The notes beneath the pieces were generated by a model, which worked only from the letters and a program-made list of their open reading frames with translations, made no database searches and was not told where the DNA came from. From Bacteriovoracia bacterium (GTDB taxonomy: Bacteria > Bdellovibrionota > UBA1018 > CAIPTA01): a stretch of DNA of 64,000 nt. Where the stretch lies: assembly GCA_050246755.1 (NCBI GenBank), contig JBFWVL010000001.1:1152001-1216000 (forward strand), read 5' to 3'. Position 1 is the stretch's first letter, and every line of letters begins with the position of its first letter. Shown here piece after piece: positions 48,720-58,830 of the stretch. Both the position numbers and the translations under genes were made by a program.

Positions 48720-50604
48720 AATCCTTGTGGTAGAGGACGAGAGCATTGTGGCTCTTGACATTGAGCGTGGACTTAAAAGAATCGGTTACGATATTGCCGG
48801 TGTGGCTGATAACGGTTGCGATGCCATTCGTCTAGTGACGGAGAAGAGCCCACAGTTAGTCCTCATGGATATTCAGCTTAAGGGCGACATAGACGGAATC
48901 GAAACCGCGCAAAAAATTCACAGCCAATTTAATATTCCCGTCATTTTTCTTACGGCTTACGCTGATGAGCCCACCTTGCAAAGAGCCAAACTCACGGAAC
49001 CTTTTGGCTATCTCTTAAAGCCGTTCGAGGAAACGGAACTGCGCACCGCGATTGAAGTGGCTCTCCACAAGCATAGTTCCGTAGAGATCCATAGGGAGAG
49101 GGCTGCGACCGCCTTGAAATTAAGTGAAGAGACTTTTCGCATTTTCGTGGAGTCCGTTCAAGATTATGGAATTTTCATGATGGATCCTCTCGGTATGGTC
49201 ATGAGCTGGAATATCGGCTCTCATCGAATCAAAGGCTACGAGGCACACGAGGTGATCGGAAAGCATTTTTCGATTTTTTATTCAGAAGAGGACATCGCCA
49301 ACCGCAGGCCGGAGAAGGAACTCGCCATTGCCGAAAAAGAGGGAAGATATGAAGAAGAGTCATGGCGGGTGAGAAAAGATGGCACTCGGTTCTGGACCAG
49401 AGTCACGATCACCGCCATTCGCGATAAGGAAGGCGCACTTCTCGCTTTCGGCAAAGTCACGCGAGATCTGACGCTGAAAAAGAAAGCGGAAGACGATTTA
49501 CGAGAAAGCGAGGAGCGTAAGTCCGCTACGCTGGAGGCGGCTCTGGATTGCGTAGTAACGTTGGATAGCCAGGGAAAAATCTTAGAGGTTAACCAGGCAG
49601 CCGAAAAAACCTTCGGGTGGAAAAGAGAGCAGGTAATTGGCCGGGAAATGGCCAATATCATCATTCCAGAAAAACTTCGCGAAGCCCACCGCGCGGGACT
49701 AAAGCATTTTTTAGCCACGGGGATCGGGCCGGCTTTGCGACAACGGATTGAACTTTCCGCACTTCGCTCTGACGGTAGCGAGTTTCCAATTGAACTCTCT
49801 ATTCTTGATCTTAATGTAAACGGCAAAGTGCTTTTTACCGGCTTTCTCCGCGACATCACAACCCAAAAGAAGGCAGAGGAAATTCTAAAAAATTCGATCA
49901 AAGCAAGAGACGAATTTCTCACCATTGCGTCCCATGAGCTTAAAACACCCCTGACCGCTCTAAAGCTTCAACTTCAGCTAAGCCAAATGCAGCTAAAGAA
50001 GCGTACAAAAACCACAGGAAAAAAGCGCACCCGGCCAGTAACTTTAGAGCGTTCATTGTCCCTCTCCATTAAGCAGGTAGATTCCCTAACCGGTCTCGTG
50101 GAAGAACTTCTTGATGTGGGAATGATTCAGACAGGACGACTTTCTTTGCATCTCGGGGAGATGAAACTATCGGATTTAGTACGAGAAGTGGTGAGTCTAT
50201 TTTCGCCTAAACTCGCGATGATAAAATGCTCCCCAGAAACTGAGCTTGAAGACGGGATTGTCGGGAATTGGGATGCACATCGCATAGAACAGGTATTGGT
50301 AAATTTGATTGGAAACATCATAAAATATGCTCCTGGCTCGAGAGTGAAAATCTCTACGAAGCGGGAAAACGACAAAGTCGTACTTATGGTGGAGGATGAT
50401 GGTCCGGGGATTCCGGAAGAAAAACAAAAGCAAATTTTTGAGCGATTTGAAAGAGCGACTTCTGCCAACTACGTTAGTGGCCTTGGTCTTGGCCTCTTCG
50501 TGGTGAAGCATATTGTCGAATCCCATCACGGGACAGTTCAGTTGCATAGTTCCTTGGGGCGTGGATCGCGATTTACGATCTCTCTTCCAGAAAAGGTAAC
50601 TTAG
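48691..50604 (+). CDS. Hybrid sensor kinase (REC-PAS-PAS-HisKA-HATPase)
   Basis: REC 'LVVEDE...LMDIQL...LLKPF'; two PAS domains; 'ASHELKTPL'; 'GLGLGL'. Confidence 0.92.
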   Translation: MTMQESNLIKILVVEDESIVALDIERGLKRIGYDIAGVADNGCDAIRLVTEKSPQLVLMDIQLKGDIDGIETAQKIHSQFNIPVIFLTAYADEPTLQRAKLTEPFGYLLKPFEETELRTAIEVALHKHSSVEIHRERAATALKLSEETFRIFVESVQDYGIFMMDPLGMVMSWNIGSHRIKGYEAHEVIGKHFSIFYSEEDIANRRPEKELAIAEKEGRYEEESWRVRKDGTRFWTRVTITAIRDKEGALLAFGKVTRDLTLKKKAEDDLRESEERKSATLEAALDCVVTLDSQGKILEVNQAAEKTFGWKREQVIGREMANIIIPEKLREAHRAGLKHFLATGIGPALRQRIELSALRSDGSEFPIELSILDLNVNGKVLFTGFLRDITTQKKAEEILKNSIKARDEFLTIASHELKTPLTALKLQLQLSQMQLKKRTKTTGKKRTRPVTLERSLSLSIKQVDSLTGLVEELLDVGMIQTGRLSLHLGEMKLSDLVREVVSLFSPKLAMIKCSPETELEDGIVGNWDAHRIEQVLVNLIGNIIKYAPGSRVKISTKRENDKVVLMVEDDGPGIPEEKQKQIFERFERATSANYVSGLGLGLFVVKHIVESHHGTVQLHSSLGRGSRFTISLPEKVT

Positions 50605-50841
50605 CTCCGTTTTAAGCGTTTCGTTTCACGTCCGCTGCTCTTTGGAACGATAGCAACCGTATACCGATTTTTTCCTCCAGACGCTTACGAAACCTAGTTC
50701 AGCCTCAAAGTGGTGGACTCAACTGGACGAATTTCGAACTACGTACATCGAGTACGACGCCTAGATAAGTCCTTCTAATCTGAGATTAATCCAGTTCGAG
50801 TGGGAACAAAAGTTGTGTTCCCGAGATTTTTCTAGTGTTCC

Positions 50842-51873
50842 CTAAAATGACGACTCGAGAAATGAGAAGCGAGCTATTTTACCAGTAGCATCTAAACGAC
50901 AGCGAACCTCTTGGGGAACCGTGATCATGGGAACAGTATGCCCACAGTCAAAATCGTAAATAATCGGATAATTCCGATTTCCAATAACCTCAACGATCAA
51001 ATCTCTGAGGTTATTGGATGATCCATCTTGGCTATAAACCTCTGGTCGGCTGAAGATCAAGCCCGCGATCGAATCGAAAGCCCCCATCAGCTGAAGCTGG
51101 CGCAAGCCACGTTCCTCTTTCATCAAAGGGGCATCCATTTCTTCTAGAAGTAAGATTTTCCCTTTCAGGTCTGGCCAATAAGGGGTGCCGGCTGCACTCA
51201 AAAAGGTATTAAGATTTACAGCCACAATGGGAGCTTCCACCAATCCTGGTTGAATCACCTGCCAGCCATCATTCTCAATCCACTCTCTCGGTAAATTTTT
51301 CCAATCGTCATTTGTCCAGCTACGTTTGTGATTACTCCAACGAGAAGGCCGAACAATTTCTCGCTGCTTCGGACCATTTTCCATTACAGCATCCAGAAAC
51401 CACTTTGAGCTTTCCTCAATTCCATTTGGCCATTCCCCAAACCAGCACATCACTGTGGGGCCGTAAAATGTCCTCAGACGAGAAAATTTCAATATAGATA
51501 GATGGAGCGAAGTCACATCCGAGTAGCCACAAATAACTTTGCGACTTTCACGTATCTCGTCAAAGTCTAGAAACGGAATCATACTGTTGGAGTTGTAGCC
51601 GCCGATAGTGGCCATCAGCGCATTCACTTGCGGATTTCGGATTAATGACATGAACTCGTCAGCACGCTCAGCGCCCGCTCCAGAACGGTATCCATCCGCT
51701 GATCTTTTCTCGGTTAATTTCCCAAGCCTAATCTTGAATCCGAGCTTTTGAAGAGAGGAAAGACCATTTTCAAAAAGAGCATTGTTGAATTTATAGCCAG
51801 GAGAAGAAGGCGTGAAGACACCTATGGTGTCGCCGGCTCGCAATGGCCTTGGGGTAACAAGTGGTTTTTCCAT
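50842..51873 (-). CDS. S66-family LD-carboxypeptidase (MccF-like)
   Basis: 'LRAGDTIGVFTPSSP', 'IGGYNS', 'GYSDVT', 'LLEE', 'DCGHTVP' (Ser-Glu-His triad). Confidence 0.9.
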   Translation of the reverse strand: MEKPLVTPRPLRAGDTIGVFTPSSPGYKFNNALFENGLSSLQKLGFKIRLGKLTEKRSADGYRSGAGAERADEFMSLIRNPQVNALMATIGGYNSNSMIPFLDFDEIRESRKVICGYSDVTSLHLSILKFSRLRTFYGPTVMCWFGEWPNGIEESSKWFLDAVMENGPKQREIVRPSRWSNHKRSWTNDDWKNLPREWIENDGWQVIQPGLVEAPIVAVNLNTFLSAAGTPYWPDLKGKILLLEEMDAPLMKEERGLRQLQLMGAFDSIAGLIFSRPEVYSQDGSSNNLRDLIVEVIGNRNYPIIYDFDCGHTVPMITVPQEVRCRLDATGKIARFSFLESSF

Positions 51874-52016
51874 GACTCAGTTTTCCCATCAGAAAGCTTG
51901 AATCCAAATCACATAATCAATACTTCGAAGTTCTAGTCCGGCTGAGTGTCGTCGCCCAGTCTGGCTTAATTTCGAATAGAAACTTCCGTAAAAAAACTCT
52001 CCAACCAGAATTCCGC

Positions 52017-52056
52017 ACTGAATACAGTATACTGCATACGGTATTCTGTATTCAGT
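52017..52056. repeat. Long inverted repeat (hairpin) immediately downstream of the tRNA 3' end
   Basis: ACTGAATACAG...CTGTATTCAGT, an 11-bp perfect stem with further internal pairing. Confidence 0.7.
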
Positions 52057-52062
52057 CTAGGA

Positions 52063-52139
52063 TGGTGGGCCCACCCGGACTTGAACCGGGGACCAGAAGA
52101 TTATGAGTCTCCTGCTCTAACCAACTGAGCTATAGGCCC
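52063..52139 (-). tRNA. tRNA-Ile2 (CAU anticodon, lysidine type)
   Basis: GGGCCTATAGCTCAGTTGGTTAGAGCAGGAGACTCATAATCTTCTGGTCCCCGGTTCAAGTCCGGGTGGGCCCACCA forms a cloverleaf with encoded CCA. Sequence style and location downstream of rpoD fit Ile2 rather than Met. Confidence 0.9.
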
Positions 52140-52303
52140 TTTGAGAACCCTCGGATCATACGAAACCCAGGGCTCCAAGCAAACCTCTTTCTCGACGGAA
52201 AGCTTCGGAATAATGCGAGGCGCAAACTTCGGGTGGGTTTTTCCCGTTTTCTCGACGAAGTGTTTTTGTCTGCCTAGTATTGCCCCGTATAATTTGGGCA
52301 GAA

Positions 52304-53764
52304 ATGTCGGCTCTTTTATCCCTATTTATCTTTGCTCTCCTCTCTGCTGCCGCCTTTGCGGAGGAAGAATGCACCGACTATACGATCCAAACCCAAAAGC
52401 AGACCCTCGGCCAGGTGGCACGAGAGGTATACGGCAAATCGCGGGAGTGGAAGAAGATCGCGGCCTGGAACAAAATTACGCCACCCTATCGCGTAAAAAA
52501 AGGCCAAGTGATCAAGCTCTGCGAAGCGCCGAAGCCCAAAAAGGCGAGCCAACTAGCCACCTCGCTTCCCTCCGATACGAAAGTATCGAAAGGCAAGAAA
52601 ATCGTGGCGGCTCCTCCGCCAAAAATCGCGGAGCCCGTGGAACTCGATGGCAGCTACCTGATGCCCGTTACCCAGGAAGTGATCGAGAAAGACGAAGAAA
52701 CCATCTACGTGGTGAATGAGCGGGCGCCTTCCCTATCGATGATTGCGCTGGAACTGTATGGCGACGCGAAGCTCGGCAACGAAATTGCTAAATGGAACCA
52801 TCTTAGAAAGCCCTACAAGCTCGCGCTCGGCCAAAAACTCCGACTGAAACGCAAACCCACCAAAGACCCTAAAAAGGCCGATGAGTCTCTCGTGAACGCC
52901 TGGGAATCTTTGGGTAATGATTGGATGGCCGAACGGATCAAGAAGAGTGCAAGCAAGGTGGACGCCCCACCGGTGCCCGCCGATCTCGAACCCGAAGCCT
53001 TGCCGGTGGAAAAGTCTGCGGTAGTGGAAATAAAAACTCCTCGCGCCGATGCTCCCCTATTCGAGGCACCTACCGCCGTGATGGTCGAGGGCGAACATGA
53101 AACGCGCTGGACCACTTCCGGCGGGCCGACGTTTCAATTTTTTCGTATTAACGGCAGAGACAAAGCAACCGGCGCGGATGCTTTTCTTCTCTCAAAACTT
53201 AGCCCGGGCCTCGAAATAAATGTGGGGGCTCTCGTTCACCCAAGCGTCCGCGCACTGTTTCGTATCTCAGGCTACCGCTCTTCTCTTTATCCCAATACCG
53301 CGAGCACGGCCGTTATTGAAAACTCCCGGCAGACCGCGCTGCGTTTTGGCCTCGGCGCCGAGAAATTGTTTGGCGCACATACCTCGGTGGGCGCCCTGCT
53401 AAATTTTTCCGACGAGCTGTACGTGCGCGGCATCAGTGGGTTGAGCGGAGTGATGATGGATTCGGTAAAAGTATTTCGTACCGATCTACATGGCCAATAT
53501 GAACTTTTCCGCTATCGCGGCGGCCTCATGCGCGCAATGGCCGGGCTTGGTTTACTTTTTCCTGCTACCACTACTTTTTACCAAACTCGAGCTGGATTAG
53601 CGGCCGGACTGGGCCTCGGTGCGGTTACGGAATTAGGCCGCGAGTGGAAGTTGGCATCCGACATCGAGTACCGCGTTCAAAGCCAAAGCACCTCGGTGCT
53701 AACTGCCAGCCGCAAGGATTTTATTTTAGGTTTTCAATTCGAATGGAAAGGCGATCCGCTATGA
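52304..53764 (+). CDS. Exported protein with two LysM domains and a C-terminal outer-membrane beta-barrel-like region
   Basis: Signal peptide (start 52304); LysM 'TLGQVAREVYG...WKKIAAWNKI..PY.VKKGQ' and a second copy; alternating beta-strand C-terminal region ending 'FILGFQFEW'. Confidence 0.75.
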   Translation: MSALLSLFIFALLSAAAFAEEECTDYTIQTQKQTLGQVAREVYGKSREWKKIAAWNKITPPYRVKKGQVIKLCEAPKPKKASQLATSLPSDTKVSKGKKIVAAPPPKIAEPVELDGSYLMPVTQEVIEKDEETIYVVNERAPSLSMIALELYGDAKLGNEIAKWNHLRKPYKLALGQKLRLKRKPTKDPKKADESLVNAWESLGNDWMAERIKKSASKVDAPPVPADLEPEALPVEKSAVVEIKTPRADAPLFEAPTAVMVEGEHETRWTTSGGPTFQFFRINGRDKATGADAFLLSKLSPGLEINVGALVHPSVRALFRISGYRSSLYPNTASTAVIENSRQTALRFGLGAEKLFGAHTSVGALLNFSDELYVRGISGLSGVMMDSVKVFRTDLHGQYELFRYRGGLMRAMAGLGLLFPATTTFYQTRAGLAAGLGLGAVTELGREWKLASDIEYRVQSQSTSVLTASRKDFILGFQFEWKGDPL

Positions 53765-55320
53765 AATTAAAAAAGTACTCGCGGCTCGCTCTTTTATTGT
53801 CGTTGTTTTTGGTGGCCTGCAATCCGCTGGGCGATAGCGATTCTAGCAAAATACCGCTGGATTTTCATCCGGGCGCTAGCGTTCCCGCTACTCCGGATAC
53901 CATTTCACCTTCCGTGAGCTTTTCGAATGGCACGGGTAGTAGCATCCCCGCTTCCGTTACCCTAACCTTCAGTGAAGGAGTCTATGGGCTAAGCACAGGT
54001 GCCGTATCCCTCTCCACTTCCACGCTCTGCGCGGCCACGATTAGTTCCGTGACCTTCAACGCCGGAGCTTCCACTGCCACCGTAAACCTCGGCGGAACCT
54101 TGAATCGCCTCGGAGATATTTGCACGCTCACGATTGATTCCAGCCAGGTGAAGGATGCCGCGAATAACTTTCTCACCGGAACGGCGGCCAAAATCCTTTC
54201 GGTTGATACCGTAACCGCGGCCAATCAGCAGGTGAATGTATACGCGTCCGTCACAAACGCGACTCTATCCGCGGGCGCGACCGCGATCGACCTCAATAGC
54301 GCAACCGGATTCTACGTAGGCGACAAAGCACTCGTGATTCAGATGCAGAATAGCGTGACGCCCGCCCTCGCCGGCACCTACGAGATCGTGCAAATTTCGG
54401 GAATCGCCGGAAATCAAATCACTCTTTCCGCTGGACTAGCGAATGCCTACGTTTCCAATACATTTGGAACCACTGCCTCGAAGGCAGCTCAAGTTTTGCG
54501 TTTGCCTCGCTTTACCAATTTTAATATCGCTTCTGGAGGATCGGTAGTAGCTCCGGCCTGGGATGGTAGTACGGGAGGGATCGTGGCCGTGAATGCCAGC
54601 GGCTCCATTACCATCGCTGGATCTATTGACGTGGCCGCCAAAGGATTTCGGGGCGGCACTACCACTGCCAACCTTGCCTGCGGGGCGATGCCTTCCGTGT
54701 CTGCAACGGCAGGAGAATCGGTAGCCGGTATCGGTTCAGCAACTACCGCCACAAACCAATCCGGTGGGGGAGCAGGAAATTCCGGACAGTGCAGCTTTGG
54801 TGGATACATCGGCGCCGCCGGGGGGGGCGGAGGTGGCTATGGCGCGGCCGGAGAAGACCGCTCGGCGTATACTTCGGGAGCTACAGTGGTTCAGGGTACG
54901 GGCGGCCCGGTAACCGGCGTGGCCACATTAGCGCGAATCTTACTCGGATCGGGCGGCGGGGCCGGAGGGTCCCATGACGCAGGCGTGGCGGGAGCCGGAG
55001 GAATTGGTGGTGGCGCCGCAATTCTTTTCGCAAATTCCATCTCCGTCACTGGCTCTATCGCCGCCACCGGAGCCGCAGGAACTGGCTGCACCAGCCCCGA
55101 TGGGTCGGGCGGCGGCGGCGCGGGTGGAAGTATTTATTTGAACGCCACGAATGCTGTCACGGTGGGAACAAACCTCGTGACCGCCCTGGGCGGCGCACGC
55201 GGACTCTGCACCGACGCACAACCTAATCCCGACTACCGTACCGGTGGAGCCGGAGGGGAAGGAAGAATCAAAGTAGTAGGTGGTTCGGTCAACGGAACAA
55301 CTAATCCCATCTCGCCCTAA
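53761..55320 (+). CDS. Surface lipoprotein: Ig-like domain plus glycine-rich (polyglycine) adhesin-like domain
   Basis: Start 53761 'MKLKKYSRLALLLSLFLVAC' (lipobox); 'VTLTFSEGV...VKDAANN' Ig-like; 'IQMQ...AGTYE...APAWDGSTGG'; many GGGGxG motifs. Confidence 0.78.
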   Translation: MKLKKYSRLALLLSLFLVACNPLGDSDSSKIPLDFHPGASVPATPDTISPSVSFSNGTGSSIPASVTLTFSEGVYGLSTGAVSLSTSTLCAATISSVTFNAGASTATVNLGGTLNRLGDICTLTIDSSQVKDAANNFLTGTAAKILSVDTVTAANQQVNVYASVTNATLSAGATAIDLNSATGFYVGDKALVIQMQNSVTPALAGTYEIVQISGIAGNQITLSAGLANAYVSNTFGTTASKAAQVLRLPRFTNFNIASGGSVVAPAWDGSTGGIVAVNASGSITIAGSIDVAAKGFRGGTTTANLACGAMPSVSATAGESVAGIGSATTATNQSGGGAGNSGQCSFGGYIGAAGGGGGGYGAAGEDRSAYTSGATVVQGTGGPVTGVATLARILLGSGGGAGGSHDAGVAGAGGIGGGAAILFANSISVTGSIAATGAAGTGCTSPDGSGGGGAGGSIYLNATNAVTVGTNLVTALGGARGLCTDAQPNPDYRTGGAGGEGRIKVVGGSVNGTTNPISP

Positions 55321-55330
55321 TCATAGTAAT

Positions 55331-57007
55331 TTAATGCAATAGCGAATCGGGAATTTGGGGCAAATCCTGCTTGAGCACCAAATTCCGGGGAAATTCGACC
55401 GTAAACTTCGAGCCTTCCCCCATTTTGCTCGAGAGAGAAATCTTTCCATGATGCTGGTCCATTATCTCGCGCACGATAAATAGTCCCAATCCCAGCCCGC
55501 TCACGTGATTGCCAGGCACGGCCCGCTCGAAGCGCTCGAAAATTCGCTTCTGGTCCGCGGGCGCGATCCCTACGCCATGGTCTTGCACCGAAATAAGAAT
55601 CATTTCTCTCGAAACATTCTCTTCCACTCGAAGCTGAACGGGAGAGCCAGCGCCGTATTTACAGGAATTCGAAAGTAAATTCATCAGCACCTGAGAAATC
55701 CTAACCTTATCCGCCTGCACCATGAGTACGGGCGGAGTGCTTAATTCCAACTCCGAGCCTGCCGAATGAAACTCCGCCGCCATTTGATTCGCAATTTCCT
55801 TGATGAGCACCACTAAATCGAATTGCTCCAGGTGAAGGCGGAATTTCCCCGTTTCGATCCTACCGATATCGAGCATATCCTCGATCAGGCGGGAAAGACG
55901 CATGATTTGGCGCTCGGCCAGATCGAAAAACTGCGCCATTTTCGGATCCCGATTTTCGGAATCACTCTGTTTGGCCCGAAAACGCCTTTGCATCTGCACT
56001 TGCATCTTTAAACTGGTCAGCGGGGTTTTTAATTCATGGCTGGCAATGGAAAGAAATTCATCGCGGGCATGTACGGCGCGCTCTAAGCTTTTCGCGTGAA
56101 ACTCCAAATCGCTCAGAAACTTTTGCTCGGCGGCAACCTTTTCTTCGAAGGCATAATTCAAGGCGCGGCCACTACGATAGATAAGGATGGAAAACAGAAC
56201 CATATAGGAAATTACAGAGATAGACGTGCCCTGGGATAAATCATAATAACCGGCTCGCTGGCCATAGAGCCTCACGGCCCCGATTAAAGGTGGCAAGAAA
56301 ATAGCCATGGGCAAAAGACGACGAATCGCCATTCCACCCGGCGTTTGGCTGGTAACCAAGCGCAGAATGCTGGATCTTCCGCCCACGATCAGCCCCGCGA
56401 AAGCCAACAGCAGCAGACAGACGGCGGTATACGGCGAAATTCGAATGAAGGGCCCGACTTTATAAAGGGCGGATACGCCTAAGATATACCCGTTGATCGC
56501 GAAAATAGAGATGAGCATCAGCACGATGGTGAGCGCCTGGTGTAGCCAGGCAATGAAGGGCCGCGCACTAAAGGCGAGTAATGTGAGAGAGCCGAGCAAA
56601 AAAATTCCACCCGCTGCAATCGGCGACATCCTTCCAGGGTAAAGGGCGCTCTCCGCGTTGCCCACATCACGCACAATAAATTCGTCGATACCCAAGCTTC
56701 GATCAGTCCAGTATTCCATCAAAGTGGCGGCGCCCACGCAAACGGCAAAGAAGCCAAGAAAAAATATCGGAAGCCGCCAGCGGTTCGCGCCTTCTTTGCC
56801 TTTAGTATAACAAAGCAGAAACATCGCTACCGCGCAGGTCGTAAGGCAGAGGCTGGTATTGGGCTTCATCGACATACCGGCGAGATTCCGCCAGGCCTGG
56901 GCCGAAGAGCTAAGCCAAATCATCAAGAAAAAAGAGCTAATAACGAAAGACGCCGCAACTGCTACTTGGCAGACGCGGCGTAAATCAATAAAGGATTCTT
57001 TTTCCAT
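55331..57007 (-). CDS. Multi-TM membrane sensor histidine kinase
   Basis: About 8 TM N-terminus; 'ASHELKTPL', 'NSCKY', 'DHGVGI', 'GLGLGL'. Confidence 0.92.
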   Translation of the reverse strand: MEKESFIDLRRVCQVAVAASFVISSFFLMIWLSSSAQAWRNLAGMSMKPNTSLCLTTCAVAMFLLCYTKGKEGANRWRLPIFFLGFFAVCVGAATLMEYWTDRSLGIDEFIVRDVGNAESALYPGRMSPIAAGGIFLLGSLTLLAFSARPFIAWLHQALTIVLMLISIFAINGYILGVSALYKVGPFIRISPYTAVCLLLLAFAGLIVGGRSSILRLVTSQTPGGMAIRRLLPMAIFLPPLIGAVRLYGQRAGYYDLSQGTSISVISYMVLFSILIYRSGRALNYAFEEKVAAEQKFLSDLEFHAKSLERAVHARDEFLSIASHELKTPLTSLKMQVQMQRRFRAKQSDSENRDPKMAQFFDLAERQIMRLSRLIEDMLDIGRIETGKFRLHLEQFDLVVLIKEIANQMAAEFHSAGSELELSTPPVLMVQADKVRISQVLMNLLSNSCKYGAGSPVQLRVEENVSREMILISVQDHGVGIAPADQKRIFERFERAVPGNHVSGLGLGLFIVREIMDQHHGKISLSSKMGEGSKFTVEFPRNLVLKQDLPQIPDSLLH

Positions 57008-57019
57008 GGAGGGTTAAAA

Positions 57020-58813
57020 TTAGCCGTCCACGAAACTCTTGAGCAGACGAGCACGCGAGGAATGGCGAAGCTTACGCAACGCCTTCGCCTCGATCTGACG
57101 GATACGCTCCCTCGTCACGAAGAAGTCCTGGCCCACTTCCTCGAGGGTATGATCGCTCTTCTCGCCGATACCGAAACGCATGCGCAATACCTTCTCTTCA
57201 CGAGGCGTGAGAGTGGCGAGGACGCGACGGGTCTGTTCGGAGAGGTTGATATTGATCACGGCCTCAGCGGGGTTAATGATGTTTTTGTCCTCGATGAAAT
57301 CGCCCAAGTAAGAATCTTCGTCTTCCCCGATAGGAGTCTCGAGGGAGATCGGCTCTTTTGCGATCTTAAGAACCTTGCGAACCTTATCCACCGGCATATC
57401 CATCTTCTCGGCGATTTCTTCCGGAGTGGCCTCACGGCCGAGCTGCTGTACTAGCTGACGCGAAGTGCGCACTAGCTTATTGATCGTCTCGATCATGTGC
57501 ACGGGAATACGAATGGTACGAGCCTGGTCGGCGATCGCGCGGGTAATTGCCTGACGAATCCACCAGGTGGCGTAGGTAGAGAACTTATAACCGCGGCGGT
57601 ATTCGAATTTATCCACGGCCTTCATCAAACCGATATTTCCTTCCTGGATGAGATCCAAGAACTGCAAGCCGCGGTTAGTGTATTTTTTTGCGATCGATAC
57701 CACGAGGCGCAAGTTCGCTTCCACGAGCTCGCTCTTGGCGTGGTCGGCGCGCTGCTCGCCCTGCATGGCTACGTCGTAGATGTCCTTCAGGGAGTTAATG
57801 TCTACGCCGGAGGTGTGCTCCACCTCGGTTACGCGGGCAAAGCCCTGCTCGTAAGAAGCGGCCATCTGCTCGAACTTCTGCGCAGTGATGTCTTGCTCTT
57901 TCAAAAGCGTGATTTTCGTACGGTCGTCGCCTTCGCGGTAGGTGGCAACGAGCTTCATGAAATCAGTGTGGGTTTTTTGGTCGTAGAATTTAAGCGTGCG
58001 CTCTTGCTCGCTGCGAATAGTAACCGTCTCTTGGTAGGCGGATTTAATCGCATCAAGGAGCATGTTGATCGTCTTGCGGTTAAAGGAGATGAGGAGGAAT
58101 TGTTTAATTACCTCGTTCTTCTTCTTTGCCATGTCTTTTTCGATCTTCTGCTTATCCTTGGCGGCGATGGAGGGATTCAGGTACGTCGCTTTTACTTTTT
58201 TAAAGTGGTCGAGCTGGCTTTTTAGCGCATTCATCGACTGGAGAAGGCGCTGCTGGTGGGCCTTTTCATCTTCTTCGGAGATTTCTTCGTCCACGCCGCG
58301 AATCATGTCCTTCACGCGAATCTGACCGTCTTGTACTTTTTGCGAAAGACCCAAGATTGCGTCCACGCCGATCTGGCAGCTCATGAGTGCGGAAACGATT
58401 TGTTCCTCACCCTGCTCAATACGTTTAGCAATTTCCACTTCGCCTTCGCGAGTCAGCAGGGAAACGGAACCCATCTTGCGGAGATAAAGTTTTACGGGAT
58501 CAATCGAGCGAACGCTGGCTTCTTCTTCTTTTTGCTTCTTCTTGAGGAACTCGTCAAGCTCCACGCCCTCGTCTTCGTCGTCACCGTCGTCGGCGCCCTT
58601 GGCCTTCACGGTTTCATCCACCTCGATATCGTTATCGAGCAAGAACTCCATCACCGCGTCCACGCGGGGAGCGTCTTGAATGTCTGCGGGAACAAGATCG
58701 TTCACTTCTTCGTAAGTAAGAACGCCGCGAACCTTTCCCAACTCAAGGATTTTTTTCAAAACCTTCGCAGCGAGAAAATCGGCGGCTTGCATTTTTGTCT
58801 TGTTGTCGGCCAT
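57020..58813 (-). CDS. rpoD: RNA polymerase primary sigma factor
   Basis: Region 1.2 '[11 protein letters not shown]'; region 2 '[13 protein letters not shown]...[17 protein letters not shown]'; region 4 '[16 protein letters not shown]'. Confidence 0.98.
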   Translation of the reverse strand: MADNKTKMQAADFLAAKVLKKILELGKVRGVLTYEEVNDLVPADIQDAPRVDAVMEFLLDNDIEVDETVKAKGADDGDDEDEGVELDEFLKKKQKEEEASVRSIDPVKLYLRKMGSVSLLTREGEVEIAKRIEQGEEQIVSALMSCQIGVDAILGLSQKVQDGQIRVKDMIRGVDEEISEEDEKAHQQRLLQSMNALKSQLDHFKKVKATYLNPSIAAKDKQKIEKDMAKKKNEVIKQFLLISFNRKTINMLLDAIKSAYQETVTIRSEQERTLKFYDQKTHTDFMKLVATYREGDDRTKITLLKEQDITAQKFEQMAASYEQGFARVTEVEHTSGVDINSLKDIYDVAMQGEQRADHAKSELVEANLRLVVSIAKKYTNRGLQFLDLIQEGNIGLMKAVDKFEYRRGYKFSTYATWWIRQAITRAIADQARTIRIPVHMIETINKLVRTSRQLVQQLGREATPEEIAEKMDMPVDKVRKVLKIAKEPISLETPIGEDEDSYLGDFIEDKNIINPAEAVININLSEQTRRVLATLTPREEKVLRMRFGIGEKSDHTLEEVGQDFFVTRERIRQIEAKALRKLRHSSRARLLKSFVDG

Positions 58814-58830
58814 TCGCAATGTCTCCAAAA

